From NCBI RefSeq assembly GCF_001949145.1, contig NW_019091357.1, forward strand, positions 3,682,228 to 3,746,227: 64,000 bases of DNA, written 5' to 3'. The translations under genes were made by a program, and so were the position numbers. This document shows positions 52,601-64,000 of this stretch, in pieces (the stretch's first letter is position 1; the number at the start of each line of letters is the position of its first letter). The DNA is from Acanthaster planci. Its lineage: Eukaryota. Below the pieces are notes generated by a model. The model did not search any database. It had not been told where the DNA came from and was given only the letters and a program-made list of their open reading frames with translations.

Positions 52601-55110
52601 ACCACTGCAAAAATGGTTTTCCACTGTTTGAGGCATTTAGAGCGAGCGGATTACCACCAGGGACAAAAGCTCTCTACTACCGCAGTGATGAACCACACAG
52701 CACCGCTGCACGCTAATCTGGCCCCTATTGAAAAGAGGTCAGCAGTGCACTGTGCCAGTTTTGGTAACAAAAGAATCTTACATAGCACCGCACAATCTGG
52801 GCTCTTTTTCCAAGGCTGCTGGCTTGGCTGAAATATTCAAAAGTCAATGAAGGTTAACTGTCAGCTTTAGAGTAGTGCCCAAAGAGTCCTTCATGTGGGT
52901 ATAAACGGCCATTAAATGAAATGATTAATTTATGAAGAATTTTGAAAACGGAAAATCTTGAAAAGGACCCGGCATCTTGTCTTGCTCAAGAAAAATCCAC
53001 CTGGCAGCAAGGACAGTCTCCAAGTTCCTATGTGTGCCTCAATCTACTGACAGCTTTTATGGGTGGCAAAAGGCAGAAATGTAACCTTTTGGTTGCTTTT
53101 TCAAGTTTACCCCTAATTCACTCAAAATGGACGTTTACCTCATTGATTTTATATAGGGTAATATTTTCTATTATTTTTTATAGTACATTTATTACTAATG
53201 TGCTCTGATATCTGCATGGGATTTTTAACACTTTAGGAATTAACTATTCTTTCACTTTTGTGCTGACCAGTCCGACAGATATCCCATGAACGTGGGAGTG
53301 TGCGGCAGATGTCCCCCTCCCCTCAAAGTTTTTAGGGTAGCCAACGGCTAACCATAGTTTTAGCAGATACCTGTGGCAAAACAGCAGATCCTATAACATT
53401 TCACAAGACAATGACTAAGCAATGTACAATGTAGGTCTACTCCAAGAACTGTGGGTCCATTGTCTGCCACACTCAGCGCGGTGGAATACCCTACATGCAG
53501 ACCTGCCAACCTGGCCGTACTCTTTCCTGAGGTCAGGCATTACAATAGATTAAAAGGTATTTAAATGAGCCTTCAGTTCATTCAAAAATTTAATCTACCG
53601 TGTGGTAATACCTGACCTCAGGAAGGAGTACGGCATATTGGCAGGTCTGTACATGCCTATGTGTACGACCGTTGACCGTGGAGGAACTTCCTCCATGGTA
53701 CCAGGAGACTACAAACCTGGGCAAAATTGATGGGACACTTGGCAATATACCCATACACTCTCCAGTAAGTGACCTGCCCCCACTCCCTAGTCAATGTTGT
53801 CAAGTCAAGCCGCAGTGCAGACCACATGCAGAGACCCAACATTGAAAGGGGGTCTGGGGGTTGGAGGCCCAGTGAGATTTGTCCATGGTTGTCTGAATTG
53901 GTTCAAAGTTGTGTACATGTGCATACCGTGCCGCCCCAGGAGGTATTGTGTGGCATCATAAACACAGGTTGAAACCTATGAAGATATTTACAGCCAGATT
54001 GTACAATTAAAGAAGCACCTCTATTTTCGGATTGTGTAACCACAGCAAAGTGTGAAATTGGGAAGTCCTATGGGGAAAAGAATCTAAAGTAATTTAGGGG
54101 GTGCAATTTCAAGGCACGATGTGTGCTTTGTAGAGTATACATGTTTGTAGCAGTGTATCGTTTACGATGCACCACAGCATTTTTTTTTGGGGGGGGGGTT
54201 CTGTACAAAATAGATTACTTTGTAAACATGAAGTGTCCCTTTGGGTCTGGACACACCATAAATTCATGTGGGATCTCTGTTTTTAGTTATTCCATCATTT
54301 TGTTGAGAAGTGTATTGATGATCAGTGAAAACCGTCAAAAAAAAGAGGGGGCAGGGAAGACTCAAATTTAATGTGCTGTGGCTCAGGGTTGGCAATGTGC
54401 CTTGTATGCATCGCATGCCCGTGCCCTATTTAATTGGGCGTACCCGCGCTCTGTGGGTTGAGGGTGGAGAAGTGCAGTAATGACATTGCTTGTGATGTTT
54501 TGAGGGTCAATTCAGTGCATTTGATGTTTGAATTGGCCGATGCTGGAAATGGTTTGCACTCTACATGTAAGTTACAAGACCCTCCCTACACACACATACA
54601 GCCTAATGTTACAGGCATTTGTAAACTCAGACAATCCTGGACAAAATTGTTGGGACACCAGTAAAACAGATATACTGTACACCCTGCAGCGACATCCGAT
54701 CCCCACACCCAGCTTAATGTTGTCATGTCTAACCAGAGTGCAGACCGCGCGCATATACCCAACATTGAATGGAAGGGGGTCTGGGGTTGGATGCCCACGA
54801 GATTTTTCCGGGCATGAAACTACTAATACTATTGTACACGGCTAGTACATGTACATGTACGTGGTAGGCCTACGGCTAGCCGACACTGTAACTGTAGTGT
54901 ACATGTATGTAGGCCTAGTGGAAATTAGCCATGCGAAGACACCATATTTCAAAATTCTGCGGAGGCCATGGAGTAAAAGGACTGCAGACTATACTTTCAG
55001 GCCAGTAATTTAAATTGATGAACTTGGTGAGGTTCTTACGCATAATTACGGCCTACACATATGATCTTCCGTCCGGTTTCCACAAATCGTGACACACTGG
55101 GAGCGGCCAT
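49680..55110 (-). CDS. FAHD1: Fumarylacetoacetate hydrolase domain-containing protein 1 (acylpyruvase / oxaloacetate decarboxylase)
   Basis: Exons 55110-55040 ([24 protein letters not shown]), 50650-50554 ([17 protein letters not shown]) and 50186-49680 ([56 protein letters not shown], TAA), all in phase. Confidence 0.95.
53498..53649. mobile_element. 152-bp palindromic MITE in FAHD1 intron 1
   Basis: cagacctgccaa..gccgtactctttcctgaggtcaggcattac pairs with gtaatacctgacctcaggaaggagtacggc..ttggcaggtctg; tacatg flanks both sides. Confidence 0.7.
53772..54806 (+). repeat. Two diverged direct copies (~110 bp) of an interspersed repeat
   Basis: ~53772-53880 and ~54697-54806 share aatgttgtca.gtc.a.cc..agtgcagacc....ca.a.acccaacattgaa..ggggtctgggg.ttgga.gccca..gagattt. 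Confidence 0.55.
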
Positions 55111-55389
55111 TTTAGGATAGCGTGGTCTCCTGTCGAGCCGCTATTTAAGTTATGATCCATAATTTAAATTAAAACTTTAATGGCAGGGGCGGATCCAGGA
55201 TTTTCTGAAGAGGGGGCGGGTAGTCGTGATCCCGGATTTTTAAAAGGAAGCGGGGGGGGGGCGTGAACGAAAGCAGCAATGGTAATATTCACACGAGCAG
55301 GAAGCCCTGTCGATCCAGCTACCTGTTTTATTTCTCCATGCCTGACCACCGAAACGTGTACAACGTAGAGACAACGACTTTGGGGTAAA

Positions 55390-58300
55390 AGTAAGAGGCG
55401 TGACCGACTCAAACTGATCTTTTTTCGCCGATAACTCTCTAAATTTTTAGAATATGGTCATGAAACTTGTACTGGTGGATAAAGAAACATATTTCCTTAT
55501 AGATGACACCACGATTGGCCCATTTAGACAATTTTCAGATATTCTGAGCTGGGAAATATCGAATGCCTGACTACCCCAACCGACAGCGTATCGCACAGAC
55601 AAGAGGGAAATCACAGTAGGAAGCTTGACCGACACAAACTCGACGCCTCTCCCGTCAATAATTCTCTAAAATATCAAAATATTGTCATGAAACTTGTACC
55701 AGTGGATATAGAAACATATATATTCCCTTTCTGATGACACCACATTTAGCTCAAAGTGTAACAATTTTCAGATTTTCTAAGCTCAGATATAGAGGGTCTA
55801 TCTCACTCAGAAAACACGTAGTCTATCCTATAGACAATTGTAAAAACTCGAAATATACGAGATGTGACCAAATGATACTTCTAGCTGACCAAAATACGGC
55901 CATGACGTTTGTAGCAGTACATGGAGGAGCCTGTTCCCTTTTAAATACAATTGGAGCATTTAGAGAATTTGTGGATTTTCTAAGCTGGAAAATAGGTCTT
56001 GTCTGTCTAAAAAAACACAGCCTAATTAACGTACAGACAATCTCGAAATACAAGGTGTAGCCAATTCAAACTGTTTCCTTCTCTCCAAAATAATTCTCCA
56101 ACCCATCAAAACCTGGTCATGAAATTTGTACCACTGGATAGAAAAACATATTGTCTTTCAGATGACACCAAGATTGGCTCATTTGAAAAGTTTTGGGATC
56201 TTCTACGATGAGATATACAGAACCTACCCAAGGAAACGACGTGCAGCGTACATTACAGACAATGCGGGAAATGAGAAATAGCAAGCTTGACCTAGCTAAA
56301 CTCTTATCTTCTTTTCAATATAATTCTCTAACCTGTCAAGATACGGTGCTGAAACTTGTACCTCTGGATAGAGAAGCATTTTCTCTTTCAGATGACACCA
56401 CGATTGGCTCATGTGGACTGTTTTTGGTTATCCTAAGGTGAGGTATATAGAGCCTACCCAACGACCCAACGCACAGCGTACAGACAGAAAAGGCGGGAAA
56501 TGAGAAGTAGCAAGCTTGACCAAGCTAAACTCTTATCTTCTTTCCAAGATAATTCTCTAACCTGTGCAGATATGGTCATGAAACTTGTAGTACCAGTGGA
56601 TTGAACAACATATTCTCTTTCAGATGACACCAGGACTAGCTCATTTGGAAAATTTTGGGATTTTCTAACCTGAGATATAGAACCTACCCGACGTCCCAAC
56701 GTGCAGTACAGAAAAGCCGTTAAACGAGAAATAGCAAGCTTGACCAAGTCAAACTCTTGCCTTCTTTCCAAGGTAATTCTCTAACCTGTCTAGATGTGGT
56801 CATGAAACTTGCACCAGTGGATAGAACAACATACTCTCTTTCAGATGACACAACGATTGGCTCATTTGGAAAATTCTGGGATTTTCCAAGCTGAAATATA
56901 CAGAGCCTACTCAAGGAAACGACGTGCAGCGTACGGGAAATGAGAAATAGCAAGCTTGACCAAGTCAAACTCTTGCCTTCTTTCCAAGATAATTCTCTAA
57001 CCTGTCAGGATATGGTCATGAAACGTGTCCCAATGGATAGAGCAACATATTTTCTTTCAGATGACACCTCAGTTGGCTCATTTGGACATTTTTGGGATTT
57101 TCTAAGCTGAGATATATAGATCCTACCCAACAACGAAACGTGCAGCGTACAGTACAGACAATGCAGGATATGAGACATAGCAAGTTTGACCAAATCAAAC
57201 TCTTGCCTTCTTTCCAAATAATTCTCTAACCTGTCCAGATATCGTCATCAAACTTATACGAGTGGATAGAACTACATGTTCTCTTTGAGATGACACCACA
57301 GTTGGCTCATTTGGACATTTTTGGGATTTTCTAAGCTGAGATATATAGAGCCTACCCAAGGAAACTACGTGCAGCGTACGGGAAATGATAAATAGCAAGC
57401 TTTACCAGGTCAAACTCTTGCCTTCTTTCCAAGACAATTCTCTAACATATCAAGATATGGTTTTGAAACATGTACCAATGGATAGAACTACATATTCTCT
57501 TTCTAATGACACCAGGACTAGTTCATTGGGACAATTTTGGGATTTTCTAAGCTGAGATATATAGAGCCTACCGAAGGAAACGACGTGCAGCGTACGTGAA
57601 ATAAAAATAAGCAAGCTTTACCAAATCAAACTCTTTCCTTCTTTCAAAGATAATTCTCCAACCTGTCAAGATATGGCCATGAAACTTGTACCAGTGGATA
57701 GAACTACATATTCTCTTTCAGATGACATCAGGACTAGCTCATTTGGACATTTTTCGGATTGTCTGAGCTGAGATATATAGAGCTTACCGAAGGAAACGAC
57801 GTGCAGCGTACGGGAAATGATAAATAGCAAGCTTGACCAAGTCAAACTCTTGCCTTCTTTCCAAGATAATTCTCTAAAATGTCAAGATATGGCCATGAAA
57901 CTTAAACCAGTGGATAGAATTAGACATTTTCTTTCAGATGACACCAGGTCTAGCTCATGTGGACAATTCTGGGATTTTCCAAGCTGAAATATACAGAGCC
58001 TACCCAAGGAAACGACGTGCAGCGTACGGAAAATGAGAAATAGCAAGCTTGACCAAGTCAAACTCTTTTTTTCCCCAAGATAATTCTCTAACCTATCACA
58101 ATATGGTCATGAAATTTGTCCCAGTGGATAGAGCAACATATTTTCTTTCAGATGACACCTCAGTTGGCTCATTTGGACATTTTTGAGATTTTCTAAGCTG
58201 AGATATATAAAGCATACCCAGGGAAACGACGTGCAGCGTACAGGAAATGATAAATAGCAAGCTTGACCAAATTGAACTCTTGCTTTCTTTCCAAGATAAT

Positions 58301-61300
58301 TCCCTAACCTGTCAAGATATGGCCATGAAACTTGCACCAGTGGATAGACCAACATGCTCTCTTTCAGATGACACAACGATTGGCAATTTTGGGATTTTCT
58401 AAGCTGAGATATATGGAGCCTACCCAAGGAACTGACGTGCAGCGTAGAGGAAATGATAAATAGCAAGCTTTACCAAGTCAAACTCTTGCCTTCTTTTCAA
58501 GATAATTCTCTAACCCTCCACGATATGGTCATGAAAATTGTACCAGTGGATAGAACAACATATTTTCTTTCCGATGACACCACAGTTGGCTCATTTGGAC
58601 AATTGAGGGATTTTCTAAGCTGAGATATATAGAGCCTACCCAAGCAAACGATGTGCAGCGTACAGTACAGACAATGCAGGATATGAGACAGAGCAAGTTT
58701 GACCAAANNNNNNNNNNNNNNNNNNNNNNNNNNNNNNNNNNNNNNNNNNNNNNNNNNNNNNNNNNNNNNNNNNNNNNNNNNNNNNNNNNNNNNNNNNNNN
58801 NNNNNNNNNNNNNNNNNNNNNNNNNNNNNNNNNNNNNNNNNNNNNNNNNNNNNNNNNNNNNNNNNNNNNNNNNNNNNNNNNNNNNNNNNNNNNNNNNNNN
58901 NNNNNNNGATGACACCAAGATCGGCTCATTCGGACAATTGTGGGATTTTCTAAGCTGAGATATATAGAACCTACCCAAAGGAAATGACGTGCAGCGTACG
59001 GGAAATAATAAATAGCAATCTTTACCAAGTAATCTTTTGCCTTCTTTCAAAGGTAATTCTCTAACCTGTGAAGATATGGCCATGAAACGTACACCAGTGG
59101 ATTGATCAACATATTCTCTTTCCGATGGCACCACAGTTGGCTCATTTGGACAATTGTGGGATTTTATAACCTGAAATATATAGAGCCTACCCAACGTCCC
59201 AACGTGCAGTACAGAAAAGGCAGGAAAAGAGAAATAGCAAGTTTGACCAAGTCAAACTCTTGCCTTCTTTCCAAGATAATTCTCTAACCTGTCCCGATAT
59301 GGTAATGAAACTTACATCAGTGGATAGAGCAACATATTCTCTTTCAGATGACACCAGGACTAGCTCATTTGGACACTTTTGGGATTTTCCAACCTGAGAT
59401 ATATAGAGCCTACCCAAGGAAATGACGTGCAGCGTAGGGGAAAGGATAAATAGCAAGCTTTACCAAGTCAAACTTTTGCCTTCTTTCAAAGGTAATTCTC
59501 TAACCTGTGAAGATATGGCCATGAAACGCATACCAGTGGATTGAGCAACATATTCTCTTTCAGATGACACCACAGTTGGCTCATTTGGACAATTGTGGGA
59601 TTTTCTAAGCTGAGATATATAGAGCCTACCCACGGAAACGACGTGCAGCGTACAGGAAATGATAAATAACAAGCTTTAGCAAGTCAAACTCTTGCCTTTT
59701 TTCCAAGGTAATTCTCTGTCACTCCACGATATGGTCATGCAACTTGTACCAGTGGATAGAGCAACATATTCTCTTTCAGATGACACCACAGTTGGCTTAT
59801 TTGCATAATTGTTGATTTTTATAACCTGAAATATATAGAGCCTACCCAACGTCCTAACGTGCAGTACAGAAAAGGCAGGAAAAGAGAAATAGCAAGTTTG
59901 ACCAAGTCAAACTCTTGCCTTCTTTCCAAGATAATTCTCTAATCTGTCCAGATATGGTAATGAAATTAACATCAGTGGTAAGAACAACATATTCTCTTTC
60001 AGATGACACCAGGACTAGCTCATTGGGACACTTTTGGGATTTTCTAACCTGAGATATATAGAGCCTACCCAAGGAAATGACGTGCAGCGTACGGGAAATG
60101 ATAAATAGCAAGCTTTACCAAGTCACACTTTTGCCTTCTTTCAAAGGTAATTCTCTAACCTGTGAAGATATGGCCATTGAACGCATACCAGTGGATTGAG
60201 CAACATATTGTCTTTCAGATGACACCAGGACTAGCCCATTTGGAAAATTGTGGGATTTTCTAACGTGAGATATACAGAGCCTTCCCAACGTCCCAACGTG
60301 CACTACAGAAAGGCGGGAAATGAGAAATAGTTTGACCAAAAAACACTCTTACTTTCTTTCGAAGATTATTCTCTAACCTGTCCAGATATGGTAATGTAAC
60401 TAACATCAGTGGATAGAACAACATGTTTTCTTACAGATGACACCAGGACTAGCTCATTTGGAAAATTGTGGGATTTTCTAACCTGAGAAACATAGAGCCT
60501 ACCCAAGGAAATGACGTGCAGCGTCTGGGAAATGATAAATAGCAAGCTTTACCAAGTCAAACTTTTGCCTTCTTTCCAAGATAATTCTCTAACCCTACAC
60601 AATATGGTCATGAAACTTGTACCAGTGGATAGAGCAACATATGCTTATTCAGGTGACACCACAGTTGGGTCTTTTGGACAATTGTGGGATTTTCTGAGCT
60701 GAGATATATAGAGCCTACCCAAGAAGATGACGTGCAGCGTACGGGAAATGATAAATAGCAAGCTTTACCAAGTCAAACTCTTGCCTTCTTTCCAAGATAA
60801 TTCTCTAACTCTCCACAATATGGTCATGGAACTTCTACCAGTGGATAGAGCAACATATCGTCTTTCAGATGACACCAGGACTAGCTCATTTGGAAAATTG
60901 TGGGATTTTCTAACCTGAGATATATAGAGCCCACCCAACGTCCCAACGTGCACTACAGAAAAGGCAGGAAATGAGAAATAGCAAGTTTGACCAAAACAAA
61001 CTCTTGCCTTCTTTCCAAGACAATTCTCTAACCTGTCCCGATATGGTNNNNNNNNNNNNNNNNNNNNNNNNNNNNNNNNNNNNNNNNNNNNNNNNNNNNN
61101 NNNNNNNNNNNNNNNNNNNNNNNNNNNNNNNNNNNNNNNNNNNNNNNNNNNNNNNNNNNNNNNNNNNNNNNNNNNNNNNNNNNNNNNNNNNNNNNNNNNN
61201 NNNNNNNNNNNNNNNNNNNNNNNNNNNNNNNNNNNNNNNNNNNNNNNNNNNNNNNNNNGATGACACCAGGACTAGCTCATTTGGACAATTTGGGGATTTC

Positions 61301-64000
61301 CTAACCTGAGATATATAGAGCCTACCCAAGGAAATGACGTGCAGCGTGCGGGAAATGATAAATAGCAAGCTTTATCAAGTCAAACTCTTGCCTTCTTTCC
61401 AAGATAATTCTCTAACCCTCCACAATATGGTCATGAAACTTGTACCAGTGGATAGAGCAACATATTGTCTTTCAGGTGACACCACAGTTGGCTCATTTGG
61501 ACAATTCTGGGGTTTTCTAACCTGAGATATATAGACCCTGCCCAAAGAAATGACGTGCAGCGTACAGGAAATGATAAATAGCAAGCTTTACCAAGCAATT
61601 TTTTGCCTTCTTTCAAAGGTAATTCTCTAACACTCCACAATATGGTCATGAAACTTATACCAGTGGATAGAGCAACATATTCTCTTTCAGATGACACGAC
61701 AGTTGGCTCATTTGGACAATTTTGGGATTTTCTAACCTGAGATATATAGAGCCTACCCAAGGAAATAACGTGCAACGTACGGGAAATGATAAATAGCAAG
61801 CTTTACCAAATCAAACTCTTGCATTCTTTCCTAGATAATTCTCTAACACTCCAAGATATGGTCATGAAACTTGTACCAGTGGATAAAGAAACATATTCTC
61901 TTTCAGACGACACAACAGTTGGCTCATTTGGAAAATTGTGGGATTTTCTAACCTGAGATATATAGAGCCTACCCAACGTCCCAACGTGCACTACAGAAAG
62001 GCGGGAAATGAGAAATAGCAAGTTTGACCAAAAAACTCTTACCTTCTTTCGAAGATAATTCTCTAACCTGTCCAGATATAGTAATGAAACTAACATCAGT
62101 GGATAGAACAACATATTGTCTTTCAGATGACACCAGGACTAGCTCATTTAGGCACTTTTGGGAATTTTTAACCTGAGAAATATAGAGCCTACCCAAGGAA
62201 ATGANNNNNNNNNNNNNNNNNNNNNNNNNNNNNNNNNNNNNNNNNCCAAGATAATTCTCTAACTCTCCACAATATGGTCATGGAACTTGTACCAGTGGAT
62301 AGAGCAACTTAATCTCTTTCAGATGACACGACTGTTGGCTCATTTGGAAAATTGTGGGATTTTCTAACCTGAGATATATAGAGCCCACCCAACGTCCCAA
62401 TGTGCACTACAGAAAAGGTGGGAAATGAGAAATAGCAATTTGACCAAAACAAACTCTTGCCTTCTTTCCAAGATAATTCTCTAACCTGTCCCGATATGGT
62501 AATGAAACTTACATCAGTGGATAGAACAACATATTCTCTTTCAGATGACACCAGGACTAGCTCATTTGGACAATTTTGGGATTTTCTAACCTGAGATATA
62601 TAGAGCCTACCCAAGGAAATGACGTGCAGCGTACAGGAAATGAGAAATAGCAAGCTTTACCAAGTCAAACTTTTGCCTTCTTTTCAATGTAATTCTCTAA
62701 CCTGTGAAGATATGGCCATAAAACGTATACCAGTGGATAGAGCAACATATTCTCTTTCAGATGACACCACAGTTGGTTCATTTGGACAATTGTGGGGTTT
62801 TCTAAGCTGAGATATATAGAGCCTGCCCAATCAAATAACGTGCAGCGTACAGGAAATGATAAATAGCAAGCTTTACCAAGTCAAACTCTTGCCTAATTTC
62901 CAAGGTAATTCTCTAACACTCCACAATGCGGTCATGAAACCTGTACCAGTGGATAGAGCAACATAGTCTCTTTCAGATGACACGGCAGTTGGCTCATTTG
63001 GACAATTTTGGGATTTTCTAACCTGAGATATATAGAGCCTACCCAAGGAAATGACGTGCAACGTACGGGAAATGATAAATAGCAAGCTTTACCAAGTCAA
63101 ACTCTTGCCTTCTTTCCAAGATAATTCTCTAACCCTCCACAATATGGTCATGGAACTTTTACCAGTGGATAGAGCAACATATTCTCTTTCAGATGACACG
63201 ACAGTTGGCTCATTTGGACAATTGTTGGGTTTTCTAAGCTGAGATATATAGAGCCTGCCCAATCAAATGACGTGCAGCGTACAGGAAATGATAAATAGCA
63301 AGCTTTACCAAGTAAACTTTTTCCTTCTTTTTAAGGTAATTCTCTAACCTGTAAAGATATGGCCATAAAACGTATACAAATGGATACAGCAACATATTCT
63401 CTTTCAGATGACACCACAGTTGGGTCATTTGGACAGTTGTGGGGTTTTCTAACCTGAAATATATAGAGCCTACCAAAGGAAATGACGTGCAGCGTACGGG
63501 AAATGATAAATAGCAAGCTTTACCAAGTCAAATTTTTGCCTTCTTTCCAGGATAATTCTGTAACTCTCCACAATATGGTCATGGAACTTGTACCAGTGGA
63601 TAGAGCAACATAATCTCTTTCAGATGACACCACAGTTGGCTCATTTGGAAAATTGTGGGATTTTCTAACCTGAGATATATAGAGCCTACCCAACGTCCCA
63701 ATGTGCACTACAGAAAAGGCGGGAAATGAGAAATAGCAAGTTTGACCAAAACAAACTCTTGCCTTCTTTCCAAGATAATTCTCTAACCTGTCCCGATATG
63801 GTAATGAAACTTACAACAGTGGATAGAACAACATATTCTCTTTAAGATGACACCAGGACTAGCTCATTTGGACAATTTGGGGATTTCCTAACCTGAGATA
63901 TATAGAGCCTACCCAAGGAAATGACGTGCAGCGTGCGGGAAATGATAAATAGCAAGCTTTCCCAAGTCAAACTCTTGCCTTCTTCCCATGGTAAATCTCT
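55390..64000. repeat. Tandem satellite array, ~216-bp monomer with ~223-bp and ~230-bp variants, roughly 40 copies, running off the window end
   Basis: Recurring unit gataattctctaacctgtc..gatatggtcatgaaacttgtaccagtggatagagcaacatattctctttcagatgacacc..ctgagatatatagagcctacccaaggaaatgacgtgcagcgtac..aaatagcaagcttt. The tttcagatgacacc landmark falls at 59342, 59558, 59774 and 59997 (spacings 216, 216, 223). Three N gaps lie inside the array. Confidence 0.97.

Noticed and set aside
55447..63708. Many similar short ORFs (MLFIISRTLHVISLGRLYISQ...)
   Set aside because: They are translations of the satellite monomer, with frequent stops and frameshifts and no splice or domain support.
55390..64000. CRISPR-like repeat/spacer array
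   Set aside because: The whole 216-bp unit repeats with no unique spacers, the context is eukaryotic, and no cas genes are present.

Overview
This is eukaryotic (metazoan) DNA, probably from a marine invertebrate; that is an inference from the TACATGTA-rich introns and MITE content, and the species cannot be named from sequence alone. Six intron-containing genes alternate strictly in strand. They are the 3' end of ENOSF1 (+), a secreted signal-peptide/Pro-Thr mucin/4-kringle protein with no protease domain (-), ANKRD66 (+), HBS1L (-), ANKRD29 (+) and FAHD1 (-). HBS1L intron 4 contains a ~1.8-kb alternative terminal exon encoding a SKI7-like (HBS1LV3-type) isoform with the exosome-binding PFDFxxPSPDD motif, three PPGF motifs and about nine repeated SLxxLAxxHL motifs. 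The introns carry many non-autonomous DNA elements, including a Transib-like MITE that starts with CACAGTG and has a 5-bp TSD, Harbinger-like MITEs and hAT-like MITEs. The last ~8.6 kb is a ~216-bp satellite array that starts about 300 bp upstream of the FAHD1 start codon. Exon structures were read by hand from splice sites and reading phase; gene names rest on remembered protein similarity, not on a database search.
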